62,090 nt of DNA from Actinomycetota bacterium. Lineage in GTDB: Bacteria > Actinomycetota > Acidimicrobiia > Acidimicrobiales > Ilumatobacteraceae. Position 1 is the stretch's first letter; each line of letters starts with the position of its first letter. Where the stretch lies: the NCBI GenBank assembly GCA_041159745.1, contig JBEAXP010000046.1, positions 1 to 62,090 of the forward strand. The letters are read 5' to 3'. A program made the position numbers and the translations under genes. Under the pieces are notes generated by a model. The model was not told the origin of the DNA and searched no databases. It saw only the letters and a list, made by a program, of their open reading frames with translations. This document shows positions 27,715 to 42,494 of this stretch, in pieces.

Positions 27715-28740
27715 ATGGCTGGCATCCCCTTCGTTCCTCCGATCGACTCGCTGGAGTACGGAACCGTCGCGTCGGTGAGTCCGCTCATTCGCCGAGTCGT
27801 CGCCCGCAATCCATCGCGTTTCACGTTCACTGGCACCGGCACCTACTTGGTGGGCGCCGGCCGCGACATCGCGATCATCGATCCGGGCCCCGATCTTCCC
27901 GAGCATCGCCGGGCTCTCGAGCAGGCGGTGCGAGACCACGACGTGCGCGCGATCGTCATCACGCACTGCCACACCGATCACGTCGGCCTGGCGGCGTGGG
28001 CCCGCGAGTTGACGGGAGCCCCGACGGTGTCGTGGAAGCCGCACGGCGACGTCGGGATCCTCGACAACGACGCCGACATGAAGGTTATGGAGTCACTGGC
28101 GCCGCCGCCCAAGACCGCCGAGCAGATCGAAGAAGAGCGCGAGATCGCCCGCAAAGCCGGCCTCGATCCCGACGACATGGAGATGCGCGAATCGGTCGAC
28201 ACCGATTTCGTGCCCGACATCAGTGTCGATGACGGTGACGTCGCCGTGGCTGGCGACGGTTGGACCCTTCGAGCAGTTCATACTCCTGGGCACACCTCGA
28301 ATCACATGTGCGTGGCCCTCGACGAGGAAGAGGCCTTGTTCACGGGTGATCACATCATGGGTTGGAGCACCACGATCGTCTCGCCGCCCGACGGCCACAT
28401 GCGCGATTACCTCACCTCGCTCGCCAAGGTTCAGAGCCGCGGTGATCGAGTGCTGTGGCCCACCCATGGTGCGCCCGTCACCGATCCGGCCCCGTTCCTC
28501 TCCGCGTACTACGACCATCGCCTCGCTCGGGAGGCTCAGGTTCTGGCTTGCGTCGCCGACGGCGTCGACACCGTCGCTCCGATGGTGCGGCGGATGTACG
28601 CCGCGGTGGCCCCCGAATTGCACATTCCGGCCGCGCGCAGTGTTCTCGCCCACCTCACGCAGTTGACCGAAGAGGGTCGTCTCGTCGTGGTCGACGATGA
28701 CGGCCCGGCGCGCTTGTCGAGCACCTACCGCTTGCCCTGA
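27715..28740 (+). CDS. MBL-fold metallo-hydrolase (LACTB2-like, C-terminal winged helix)
   Basis: ORF track, 341 aa. Motifs: 'ITHCHTDHVG', 'HTPGHTSNH'. Confidence 0.85.
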   Translation: MAGIPFVPPIDSLEYGTVASVSPLIRRVVARNPSRFTFTGTGTYLVGAGRDIAIIDPGPDLPEHRRALEQAVRDHDVRAIVITHCHTDHVGLAAWARELTGAPTVSWKPHGDVGILDNDADMKVMESLAPPPKTAEQIEEEREIARKAGLDPDDMEMRESVDTDFVPDISVDDGDVAVAGDGWTLRAVHTPGHTSNHMCVALDEEEALFTGDHIMGWSTTIVSPPDGHMRDYLTSLAKVQSRGDRVLWPTHGAPVTDPAPFLSAYYDHRLAREAQVLACVADGVDTVAPMVRRMYAAVAPELHIPAARSVLAHLTQLTEEGRLVVVDDDGPARLSSTYRLP

Positions 28741-28781
28741 CGCTCACCACGGGCGTTCGACTTCTCGCTACCATCGCATCG

Positions 28782-29696
28782 ATGGATGTGTTGCGCACTC
28801 CCGAGTCGGCATTCGCCGGTCTTCCCGATTGGCCGTACGAGCAGGTGTACACCGACGTCACGGCTCACGACGGAACCACGTTGCGCGTGCATCACGTCGA
28901 CGTGGGACCGAACGATGCCAGCGAGACCATCTTGTGCATGCACGGTGAGCCCACCTGGGCGTTTCTGTACCGCACCATGATTCCGGTGTTCGTATCGGCC
29001 GGGCACCGCGTGATCGCTCCCGATCTGGTCGGCTTCGGGCGCAGTGACAAGCCCGCCAAGATGACCGATCACACCTACGAGCGGCACGTCGACTGGATGA
29101 GTCAGTGGCTTCTTGCCAACAATCTGCACAACCTCACGCTCGTGTGTCAGGACTGGGGTGGCTTGATCGGTCTGCGCGTCGCGATGGCCTTACCGCAGCG
29201 GTTCGCGCGCATCGTCGTGGCCAACACCGGTTTGCCCACCGGCGATCCCGAGCCGAACGAAGCGTTCTTGAAGTGGCGCGAATTCAGCCAGAAGGTCGAC
29301 CCCTTCCCGACGTCGGCCATCATCCAGGGTGGGTGCGCCAGCAAACCACTGGCTCCCGAAGTGCTGGCCGCGTATGACGCGCCGTTCCCGTCGGAGGAGT
29401 ACAAGGCCGGTCCGAAGATCATGCCGTCACTGGTGCCGGCGTCGTTGAACGATCCGTCGAGCAAACCCAATCGTGATGCCTGGGAGGTTCTGCGCTCGTG
29501 GACCAAGCCGTTGGTCACGATGTTCGGTGACAGCGATCCGGTCACGCGCAACGGTGAATGGATCTTCCGCAAGAGCGTGCCCGGAGCCGCCGGGATGCCG
29601 CACCGAACGATCGAAGGGGGCGGGCACTTCCTGCAGGAAGACCGCGGACCCGAGTTCGCGTCGGCGGTCAACGCGTTCGTCGCCAAGACCCACTAG
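28782..29696 (+). CDS. haloalkane dehalogenase (HLD-I, DhlA-like)
   Basis: ORF track, 304 aa. 'CMHGEPTWAFLYRTMIPVF..GHRVIAPDLVGFGRSDKP' and the nucleophile 'VCQDWGG' closely parallel DhlA. Confidence 0.85.
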   Translation: MDVLRTPESAFAGLPDWPYEQVYTDVTAHDGTTLRVHHVDVGPNDASETILCMHGEPTWAFLYRTMIPVFVSAGHRVIAPDLVGFGRSDKPAKMTDHTYERHVDWMSQWLLANNLHNLTLVCQDWGGLIGLRVAMALPQRFARIVVANTGLPTGDPEPNEAFLKWREFSQKVDPFPTSAIIQGGCASKPLAPEVLAAYDAPFPSEEYKAGPKIMPSLVPASLNDPSSKPNRDAWEVLRSWTKPLVTMFGDSDPVTRNGEWIFRKSVPGAAGMPHRTIEGGGHFLQEDRGPEFASAVNAFVAKTH

Positions 29697-30118
29697 GCGT
29701 TGCGTTCGTGTTTCGTGAGCCGTCGCAACTGCGACGCGACGTACGGACGAATCCGCCGCATACCGCCTCGCTCGGCGAAGGCGATTTCCAGTCGTCGCAG
29801 CGCGGCGATCACGGCTGATCGGTTGGGCTCCCAGCCACGACGCTCGCACTCGTCGATCCACTCGGCCGGAGTGATGTGTCCGCGTTGACCATTGCATCGC
29901 CGACAGGCGGCGACTTCGTTCTCGATGATGCTCGGGCCACCTTTGATGCGCGGTACGAGATGTTCGGTGGTGGCTTCCACCAGTCCGACGTCGATCGGTC
30001 GACGACACCAGATGCATTCGGCTCCGTCGCGGGCGAGAATCTCAGCCATTCGGGCCCGCCGCCCCAACTCACGCCGCTCGGGCGTGCGCCAACTCGAATC
30101 GGACCGCCGTGACGTCAC
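29693..30118 (-). CDS. HNH endonuclease
   Basis: ORF track, 141 aa. Motif: 'CIWCRR...TTEHLVPRIKGGPSIIENEVAACRRCNGQRG'. Confidence 0.8.
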   Translation of the reverse strand: MTSRRSDSSWRTPERRELGRRARMAEILARDGAECIWCRRPIDVGLVEATTEHLVPRIKGGPSIIENEVAACRRCNGQRGHITPAEWIDECERRGWEPNRSAVIAALRRLEIAFAERGGMRRIRPYVASQLRRLTKHERNA

Positions 30119-30167
30119 GGATTCATCTCACCAGAATCGAGTCGATCCGTGCGATTCGGCCCGCTGA

Positions 30168-31094
30168 TTGGCGACAATGAGAAGCGTGACTCGAGGACGC
30201 TTCGCTCCTTCGCCCACCGGTGTGCTGCACGTCGGCAATCTGCGGACCGCGATCCTCGCCTACGTCGGTGCGGTGGCCACTGGCGGTGACTTCGTGGTTC
30301 GGATCGAGGATCTCGATCGTGCGAACAGCTCGTTCGATCACGAGCGATCACAGGTTCGTGATTTACGCGCTCTCGACCTGGAGTTCGACACGGCGGTCGT
30401 TCGTCAGAGCGATCGATTCGGGGTGTACGACGAGGTCATCGCCGACCTGACCGACCGCGGGCTCACGTACGAGTGCTTCTGCTCGCGACGTGAGATTCGC
30501 GAGGCCGCCAGCGCTCCGCACGGTGCACTTCCCGACGGTGCGTACCCGGGAACGTGTCGCGATCTGAGCAGCGACGAGAAGCGTGAACGTGCTCGGGCGG
30601 GACGGTCACCGGCCGTTCGGCTGCGCACCGACGGCGAAGAGTACGAGTTGATCGATTCGATCCGCGGCCCGTATCGAGGGACCGTCGACGATGTTGTGCT
30701 CCGCCGGAACGACGGCGTCCCGGCGTACAACCTGGCCGTGGTGGTGGACGACGCCTGGCAGGGAGTGACACAGGTGGTCCGCGGTGACGATTTGCTGCCG
30801 TCGACCCCGCGACAGATTCATCTGCAGCGACTGCTCGCGTACCCCACTCCCGAGTACGCGCATGTTCCACTCGTTCTCGGTGCCGACGGCGAGCGATTGG
30901 CCAAGCGACACGGAGCGGTGACCCTGGACGACCTCGCCGCGATTGGTGAGTCGGTCGACGCCGTGCGTGACGAAATGCTGGCGAGCCTCGGCCTGCCGGC
31001 CGGCTCGCTGACCGAGGCGGCTCGAGGCTTCGACTGGTCGCGGATCGTCAAGAGCCCATGGACGATCCCGGCGCGCTGGCAGACTCGAGGGTGA
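30168..31094 (+). CDS. gluQ: tRNA glutamyl-Q(34) synthetase
   Basis: ORF track, 308 aa. 'GRFAPSPTGVLHVGNLRTA' is HIGH-like and 'LAKRHG' is KMSKS-like. It is a truncated GluRS catalytic domain with no anticodon-binding domain. Confidence 0.88.
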   Translation: MATMRSVTRGRFAPSPTGVLHVGNLRTAILAYVGAVATGGDFVVRIEDLDRANSSFDHERSQVRDLRALDLEFDTAVVRQSDRFGVYDEVIADLTDRGLTYECFCSRREIREAASAPHGALPDGAYPGTCRDLSSDEKRERARAGRSPAVRLRTDGEEYELIDSIRGPYRGTVDDVVLRRNDGVPAYNLAVVVDDAWQGVTQVVRGDDLLPSTPRQIHLQRLLAYPTPEYAHVPLVLGADGERLAKRHGAVTLDDLAAIGESVDAVRDEMLASLGLPAGSLTEAARGFDWSRIVKSPWTIPARWQTRG

Positions 31095-31681
31095 TGAGCC
31101 TCGACGACTTGCAGCGCGTCCTCGCGTACGACGATGCGATCGACCCGACCGACGACCTGCGGATCGTCGGCCCCGAGTTGTTGGTCCTGCCCTTCTGGAC
31201 GCCGGCCATGTGTTCGGCGGTGATTCGGGCCGCCGAAGCGGTGGGCGGGTTCAGCCCGCAACCGGACGACCCGGTTCCCGGTCACGAGGTGAGCCTGGCC
31301 GCGATCAGTCCGGCTCTGTTCGAAGCGGTGCAGAACGACCTCGGCGTTCGCATCTGGCCGATCCTGCGGCGCGAGTGGGCGCTCATCGACTACCACGGGC
31401 TGCGGGACGTCTTCGTCATCAAGTATTCGAGCGACTCCCAGACCGAACTGCGGATCCACCACGATGTCGCCCAGGTGTCGGCCTCGGTGAAGCTGAACGA
31501 CGGATACGAGGGTGCCGAGCTCGATTTCCCGCGCCAGCAGTTCACCAACCGCGACGTGCCCATCGGGTCGCTCCTCGTCTGGCCGTCTTTGGTCACCCAT
31601 CCGCATCAGACGCTTCCGCTTCGATCGGGAGTGAAGTACGCGCTCACGATCTGGTTCGAGTTGCCCGAGCAGTACAACTGA
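31094..31681 (+). CDS. 2OG-Fe(II) oxygenase (prolyl 4-hydroxylase-like)
   Basis: Track ORF 31058..31681. The start ATG 31094 shares its A with the gluQ stop at 31092..31094. 'RIHHDVAQ' supplies H-x-D, 'VTHPH' the second His, and 'GVKYALTIWF' follows. Confidence 0.7.
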   Translation: MSLDDLQRVLAYDDAIDPTDDLRIVGPELLVLPFWTPAMCSAVIRAAEAVGGFSPQPDDPVPGHEVSLAAISPALFEAVQNDLGVRIWPILRREWALIDYHGLRDVFVIKYSSDSQTELRIHHDVAQVSASVKLNDGYEGAELDFPRQQFTNRDVPIGSLLVWPSLVTHPHQTLPLRSGVKYALTIWFELPEQYN

Positions 31682-31761
31682 CACGAACACGAGCAACACC
31701 GGCACGAGTGACACGGGTATCCGCCAACTGAGCGGCGCACCTCACTACTTTCGTCGTCATC

Positions 31762-37131
<5,370 letters not shown>

Positions 37132-37157
37132 GGCTGCTGCTCGTCAGTGAGATCGGT

Positions 37158-37496
37158 TCACGGAGTGGGCGGATCCTTGTGGACGTTGCCGGCGCGCGAC
37201 ACGTGCTCGGTCCACTTCGCTCCGTCCCAATAGCGGTAGTCGTACCGACCGGCCGGATCCTTGTACCAGTCGGCCGGTACCGTCGGCGTGGCGACCGAAT
37301 TCGTCGTCGACGTGGGTGCCGGTGCGGGGTTCGACTTCGCTTGGGCGTCGCGGCTCAGGAAGGCGACCAGTTCGGCCCCGTCGCGCACCGTCACGATGGA
37401 GACGACCGACCAACCCTCGGCCGACTTCGCGGTGAGCGTCGAAGCGAGCGACTCGCTGTCGAAGGACGCCACCTTCACCGACGCGAATTCCTTCAT
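37158..37496 (-). CDS. DUF4177-like / DUF2510 domain protein
   Basis: ORF track, 112 aa. The C-terminal 'WYKDPAGRYDYRYWDGAKWTEHV' is the DUF2510 motif. A Pro/Thr-rich linker precedes it. Confidence 0.55.
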   Translation of the reverse strand: MKEFASVKVASFDSESLASTLTAKSAEGWSVVSIVTVRDGAELVAFLSRDAQAKSNPAPAPTSTTNSVATPTVPADWYKDPAGRYDYRYWDGAKWTEHVSRAGNVHKDPPTP

Positions 37497-37551
37497 GAGG
37501 CGAGTGTACCGATGGCCGGTTCGGGCCCTTCGTCAGGATCCGACGCTTGCG

Positions 37552-38304
37552 TCAGTTCTCCGGGTTCGTTCCTTCGGTCGAGACGAGATCGCGGGCCCGG
37601 GCGTCATCGGGTGGTCCGTCGTGGATGAGTCGTCCGTCACGCAATGCGATGAGGCGGTCGACGCGCTCGACGAATCCGAGTTCGTGGGTGGCGACGATGG
37701 CGGTGGCATCACCGATGTCGTCGAGCAACGCCAGCAGAGCCTCTTTGCCGGCGGCGTCGAGTCCGACGAATGGTTCGTCGACGAGGATAACCTCGAAGGG
37801 CCGCAAGAATGCCAACGCGATTCCGGCCTTCTGCTTCAGACCGCGGCTGAAGCGCGACGGCAGATCGTCGGCACGATCGGCGATGCCGAGGTGGTCGAGC
37901 AACCGGGTTCCGATTCGCTGCCAGTCACCGACGTCGTGCATTCGGGCCACGTATTCGAGGTGCTCCCACACCGACAAGTCGTCGTAGAACACCGGCGTGT
38001 CGGCCAGGTAGCTCACGCGACGGCGGGCTTCGAGCGAGCCAGGCTCGTGTCCGTGGATCTCGATCGCGCCAGCGGTCGCGTCGAGCAGCCCGGCGGCGAT
38101 GCGCAGAAGTGTGGTTTTCCCCGATCCGTTGTGGCCGATGAGCGCGACCTTGCTGCCCGCATCGATGGTGAGTGACAGTGGATGCAGTACCGGACCGTCG
38201 CCGTAATCCTTGGTGACCCCACGTGTCGTGAAGGCCGCGTGTTCGATCGTCGAGGCTTCGGAGCCGGTGGCCGGCGGACGAGGGTGGCGATTGCCCGAAC
38301 TCAT
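37552..38304 (-). CDS. ABC transporter ATP-binding protein
   Basis: Track ORF 37552..38385. I prefer ATG 38304 as the start, 11 nt after the upstream stop. Motifs: Walker A 'GHNGSGKTT', signature 'FSRGLKQK', Walker B 'ILVDEP'. Confidence 0.88.
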   Translation of the reverse strand: MSSGNRHPRPPATGSEASTIEHAAFTTRGVTKDYGDGPVLHPLSLTIDAGSKVALIGHNGSGKTTLLRIAAGLLDATAGAIEIHGHEPGSLEARRRVSYLADTPVFYDDLSVWEHLEYVARMHDVGDWQRIGTRLLDHLGIADRADDLPSRFSRGLKQKAGIALAFLRPFEVILVDEPFVGLDAAGKEALLALLDDIGDATAIVATHELGFVERVDRLIALRDGRLIHDGPPDDARARDLVSTEGTNPEN

Positions 38305-38314
38305 GACTGGGACC

Positions 38315-40843
38315 TCATTGTGTCCGACTTTCGCGTGGCTGACGACTTTCGCGAGCGGCGTTGGCGATCCAGGCGCTGATCGCATCGCGACGGTGGATCC
38401 AGGCCGCGACGACTCCGACCATCAACACGACGGCGATGCTCGCTCGCAGAGCCGCCGCCTCCGGCCCGCGGCCGTTCTCGATGGCGTGTCCGGCGAACGC
38501 GAAGGGGATCTGCCCGACGGTGGCCAGCGCAACCGGCCAGATCGCCTTGAGCACGCTCACGGTGCCGGCGACTTCGGGCGGCATGAGGTTGTTCTGTGCC
38601 GTCGACGTCAACGGATCGGGAGCACCCGACACGATGTTCACGGCCGCTCCCGCCAGGCCGGCCAGGACGGCTGGAACCGCGGCGGTCAGAACGATCACCA
38701 CGTGATCGGGGGCGAGGATCGACGCTGTGGTCGCGAAGACGATGGCACAGGGAACGCCCGCGGCAACCGAGGCGAACGTGAGCTTCAGATACGACGCGCC
38801 TCGTTCGACCGGCAACGAGTCGGTCCGCTCGCCGTGGTCGATCTCCTGAGCCAACGGCTCGAGCAGTTCGAGACCGACGATGAAGCCGAGGAGACCCGAA
38901 GCGACCACCAGGGGAGTCGAACCTTCGATCACGGCGGCCGCGGCCGCTCCGCCGGTGGCCGACAGCATCGCGATACGAATGACTCGTGTGAGCGGATAGC
39001 GAACGATGCCGTGGAGAGTGCGTCTCCACTCGGCTGAACCGCGACCCGTTCTCCGGAGACGCAACCACGGTCGGCGCCGACTCTGCTCGTGCGCGAGCTG
39101 CCGTCGCAGCAGCATCACGGTTCGCAGGTCTTGCATCGTGACGGCGAACCGCAACTGCGTCACGAGTGCCGAACGACGGGAGAGCGCCTCGAGAGATTGC
39201 CGTCCGATCATGGCCAGGCCGACGACGAGGAGAAGGAGTGGGACGGCGAGACCGATCAGTTCGAGAGGTCGTGTCCGCTCACCCCAGAGCGCAAGTCCAC
39301 CGATCGAGTCGGCCGGACCGATCACCGTGGTGGGTGCGGTGACCGCTTGCCACGCGACGAGTCCGAAACCGATCGCGGTCGAGAGCGACTGCCGCACACG
39401 AATGGCGTGGGCGATGAACGCGGTTGCGATGAACAGTGCCCCGACTCCCAGTCCCCACAGTGCACCTCCGGCGGCCCAGGCGACTTCGGACCCCGGAAAG
39501 CGTCGGCCGGCGAGTTGTCCGGCGAAAGCTCCGACCGCGGTCGACGCGAACACGATCGTTCGCATCCTTTGAACGGCCGGGCGCCGGAGAGCACGAGCCC
39601 GATCGATGGGTGCGAGAAGCGCGTGGCGCACATCGGCCTCTTCGAGAGCGAGCGGTCCCCCACGACTTCCCGAGCGCAGACCGAAGGCAACGGCCAGTAC
39701 GGCGGCCAGGCCGAGCCAGCCGGGTCCGAAACGTTCGACGTCGATCACGAACGTCGATGAAGCCGGTTCGCCAGCCACCAGGTCGGAGACGAAGAGCATG
39801 CCGCCGCCGTACATGAAGGCCGCGAGGTACACGCGGTACAGAGCCTCGAACCACTCGACCTCGGCCAATCGCCGGCGTTGCCGTGTGCGGCGCAGTTCGA
39901 CCAACGCACGGAACGGTGCGCGGTGAGCGGTTCGTGGATCACGGTGACGATCGTGAGTCGGCGTGACCGATCCGGTCTCGACGTCGTTCGCCGGATCGGC
40001 GGACCAGCCCGACCACGAGGCCACGAAGAGTTTCGGCGGCGCGAACCCGGCGTGCTCCATGGCCAAGACGTTCAGACAGGCCGAGACTCCGGAACCGCAG
40101 CACGCGATCACCTCGTCCGCTTCATCGACGCACAGTGCCGAGTAGTGGCGGCGCAGTTCCGGAACCGAACGCAACCGTCCTCCTTCGAGAACTTCCGACC
40201 ACGGTGCGTTGTACGCGCCCGGAACGTGTCCGAAACGAGTGTCAACCGGGTTGGGTTCTCCTCGGAATCGCTCGGCTGAGCGCGCGTCGATCAGAACCGA
40301 CCGCGATCCCGCCACCGACCTCACGTCGTCGAGCGAGGCCAGTCGTTCGGCCGGCCACGTGATGGGGGTGAAGAGGGCGTGGTCGCGATTGGTCGCCGCT
40401 CCCTTCTCCACATCGTTCGGATGAGCCTGGAGCCAGGCGGCCAATCCGCCGTCGAGAAGCGAGGCCGCGCAACCGAGCATCCGCAACATGACCACGAGTC
40501 GTCCGGCCGTCATTCCACCGGTGTCGTCGTAGGCGACCACCCAAGTGTCGTTTCCGATGCCGAGGTCGCTCATCGCCCGTGCGAAGTCGTCCGGTGCGGG
40601 CAGTGGATGGCGACCCTCGGTTGGTTGCCCGTGACCGGCCAAGTCGCGATCGATGTCGACGAAGACCGCACCCGGTATGTGGCCGGCTTCGAAAGCGGCC
40701 CGTCCGTCGCGGCCATCGAGGTACCAACGAACGTCGGCGGCGACGATGCGGGCGCCCAGTGTTCGCAGTCGGTCGAACTCGGCGAACGAGATGATGGGAC
40801 CCGGAGTCGAGCCGGATGACGACGAAGCCATGGCGACTCTCAT
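38315..40843 (-). CDS. tandem-rhodanese sulfurtransferase (SseA/3-MST-like) fused in frame to a roughly 12-TM membrane domain of unknown family
   Basis: The track ORF 38315..41053 is 912 aa. I moved the start to ATG 40843 (MRVAMASSSS) because the first 70 codons overlap the divergent dsbB region. Rhodanese motifs: 'VRWYLDGR', 'GHIPGAV', catalytic loop 'IACCGSGVSAC', 'SWSGWSADPANDVETG'. No stop follows. The frame runs on through about 480 aa with roughly 12 hydrophobic helices. Confidence 0.7.
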   Translation of the reverse strand: MRVAMASSSSGSTPGPIISFAEFDRLRTLGARIVAADVRWYLDGRDGRAAFEAGHIPGAVFVDIDRDLAGHGQPTEGRHPLPAPDDFARAMSDLGIGNDTWVVAYDDTGGMTAGRLVVMLRMLGCAASLLDGGLAAWLQAHPNDVEKGAATNRDHALFTPITWPAERLASLDDVRSVAGSRSVLIDARSAERFRGEPNPVDTRFGHVPGAYNAPWSEVLEGGRLRSVPELRRHYSALCVDEADEVIACCGSGVSACLNVLAMEHAGFAPPKLFVASWSGWSADPANDVETGSVTPTHDRHRDPRTAHRAPFRALVELRRTRQRRRLAEVEWFEALYRVYLAAFMYGGGMLFVSDLVAGEPASSTFVIDVERFGPGWLGLAAVLAVAFGLRSGSRGGPLALEEADVRHALLAPIDRARALRRPAVQRMRTIVFASTAVGAFAGQLAGRRFPGSEVAWAAGGALWGLGVGALFIATAFIAHAIRVRQSLSTAIGFGLVAWQAVTAPTTVIGPADSIGGLALWGERTRPLELIGLAVPLLLLVVGLAMIGRQSLEALSRRSALVTQLRFAVTMQDLRTVMLLRRQLAHEQSRRRPWLRLRRTGRGSAEWRRTLHGIVRYPLTRVIRIAMLSATGGAAAAAVIEGSTPLVVASGLLGFIVGLELLEPLAQEIDHGERTDSLPVERGASYLKLTFASVAAGVPCAIVFATTASILAPDHVVIVLTAAVPAVLAGLAGAAVNIVSGAPDPLTSTAQNNLMPPEVAGTVSVLKAIWPVALATVGQIPFAFAGHAIENGRGPEAAALRASIAVVLMVGVVAAWIHRRDAISAWIANAARESRQPRESRTQ

Positions 40844-40874
40844 CTTTCCACTCGGAGGAGCAATACTGGAATCA

Positions 40875-41426
40875 ATGGACGTTCGCGCCATGGAGTCGTT
40901 CACGTCGTTGCTCGCGATCATCGCCGCGAGTGGTGCGATCGTTCTCGTCGTCGCTCGCTCGATCTCGTCGACTTGGGCTCCGGCAGCCGATTTCGTGCGA
41001 TCCGTGAACGCCGTTTCGTCGTGGTTGGCTTGGCTCGTCGCGGCGGTGGCCACCGCTGGATCGCTCTACTTCAGCGAGGTGGCCGACTACGCGCCGTGTC
41101 GACTCTGCTGGTTCCAGCGGATCTGCATGTATCCGCTGGCCGGGATCCTTCTCGTCGGTGCGTTGCGGCGCGATCGGAGCGTCAAGTGGTACGCGTTACC
41201 GCTGCTCGTCGCCGGAGCGATGTTGTCGGCGTATCACTACCTCATCGAATGGCGGCCATCGCTCGACGGCGGTGCGTGCGGGGTCGGGCCATCGTGCACC
41301 GATGTCTGGTTCCGGAGTCACGGATTCGTGACCCTGGCCTTCATGGCCTTGGCCGGTTTCGTGGCGATCGCGGCGCTGTTGTTCGTCACACCTGTTGGCG
41401 ATGGCCACGAACGATCAGAAGACTGA
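40875..41426 (+). CDS. dsbB: disulfide bond formation protein B (DsbB/BdbC family)
   Basis: Track ORF 40653..41426. The start is ATG 40875 or 40890. Motifs: 'YFSEVADYAPCRLCWFQRICMYPLA' and a second Cys pair 'GGACGVGPSC'. Four TM helices. Confidence 0.8.
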   Translation: MDVRAMESFTSLLAIIAASGAIVLVVARSISSTWAPAADFVRSVNAVSSWLAWLVAAVATAGSLYFSEVADYAPCRLCWFQRICMYPLAGILLVGALRRDRSVKWYALPLLVAGAMLSAYHYLIEWRPSLDGGACGVGPSCTDVWFRSHGFVTLAFMALAGFVAIAALLFVTPVGDGHERSED

Positions 41427-42156
41427 GCGAAGAGAACGGGAGGACCTCGTGGCCGGAGAATCCAAGAACAAGTCGTCGACGTCGCAATCGACGAAAGTCG
41501 TCATCGGACTCGTGATCGTCGCCGTCGTCGTGGCGTTGGTCGTGGCGATCGCCACCAGTGGCGGATCGTCGAACACTTCCTCGAACGATGGAGCGAACGA
41601 CGGCTCGACCGTCGTCACTGTCCCGGGCGTGGCCCCCGAAGTTCAGCCGGCCGAGACTCAACCGGTGGCGATCGAGGGCGACATCCTCGAACCGCTCGGA
41701 GATCCGACGTCGGATTCATCGATCGGTGCTCCGGCGCCGACCCTGCGCGGTTATTCGTTCGATGGTGGGCCGGTGTCGATCGAACCGGGCGATGGCCGTG
41801 CGTACATGGTCGTCTTCCTCGCGCATTGGTGTCCGCACTGCAACGCCGAGGTGCCCCGCCTCATCGAGTGGAAGAACATGGGCATGGTGCCCGACGGTCT
41901 CGAGATCGTCGGAGTGAGCACAGGCGTGGCCGCCGATCGACCCAACTATCCGCCGTCCGAGTGGGTCGTGGAGAAGCAGTGGCCCTGGATCGTGATGGCC
42001 GACTCGGAAGCGCAGGATGCGGCGATGGCCTACGGCGTGAGCGGGTATCCGTTCTTCACGATCATCGGCGCCGATGGCACCGTGAAACTGCGGACGTCGG
42101 GCGAGAAGAGCATCGAGGAGATCGATGCGCTGGTGGATGCGGCTCTGGCCGGTTAG
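41395..42156 (+). CDS. TlpA/ResA-like membrane-anchored thioredoxin-fold protein
   Basis: ORF track, 253 aa. One TM anchor 'VVIGLVIVAVVVALVVAIA'. Active site 'FLAHWCPHCNAEVP'. Confidence 0.8.
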   Translation: MAMATNDQKTERREREDLVAGESKNKSSTSQSTKVVIGLVIVAVVVALVVAIATSGGSSNTSSNDGANDGSTVVTVPGVAPEVQPAETQPVAIEGDILEPLGDPTSDSSIGAPAPTLRGYSFDGGPVSIEPGDGRAYMVVFLAHWCPHCNAEVPRLIEWKNMGMVPDGLEIVGVSTGVAADRPNYPPSEWVVEKQWPWIVMADSEAQDAAMAYGVSGYPFFTIIGADGTVKLRTSGEKSIEEIDALVDAALAG

Positions 42157-42176
42157 CCACGCTCTACGGTGGGATC

Positions 42177-42458
42177 GTGGATCTCGTCGAACTCCAGAGG
42201 ATCATCGAACTCACCTACGGCGATCGTGATCGTGCTCGGGGAGTTCCGTCGACGGTGGCCTGGTTGGCCGAAGAGATGGGTGAACTGGCGCAAGCGGTGA
42301 GGAAGGGCGACCGTTCGTCGCAGATGCACGAGTTCGGTGACGTTCTGGCCTGGGTGGCTTCGCTGGCCAATCAGATGGGCATCGATCTGTCCGAAGCGAT
42401 CGAGCGTTACACCGCGGGTTGTCCGCGTTGTCACGCCATGCCGTGTGCGTGTGCGTGA
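42177..42458 (+). CDS. MazG-like nucleotide pyrophosphohydrolase family protein
   Basis: This frame lies within the track ORF 41826..42458. The start is GTG 42177. Motifs: 'WLAEEMGELAQAVRKGD', 'EFGDVLAWVASLANQMGIDL'. The tail 'CPRCHAMPCACA' is Cys-rich. Confidence 0.6.
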   Translation: MDLVELQRIIELTYGDRDRARGVPSTVAWLAEEMGELAQAVRKGDRSSQMHEFGDVLAWVASLANQMGIDLSEAIERYTAGCPRCHAMPCACA

Positions 42459-42494
42459 CGTCGCCCTCTCGGCCTCCTCGTCGATCCCACTACT

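Noticed and set aside
29693-30118. The HNH endonuclease as part of a restriction or defence system
   Set aside because: It is a single 141-aa gene with no methyltransferase, helicase, ATPase or other partner nearby. Its flanks are a dehalogenase gene and gluQ.
40844-41053. Start of the rhodanese-fusion ORF at 41053
   Set aside because: It would overlap the divergent dsbB gene by about 180 nt. The extra 70 aa have no rhodanese similarity, so ATG 40843 is preferred.
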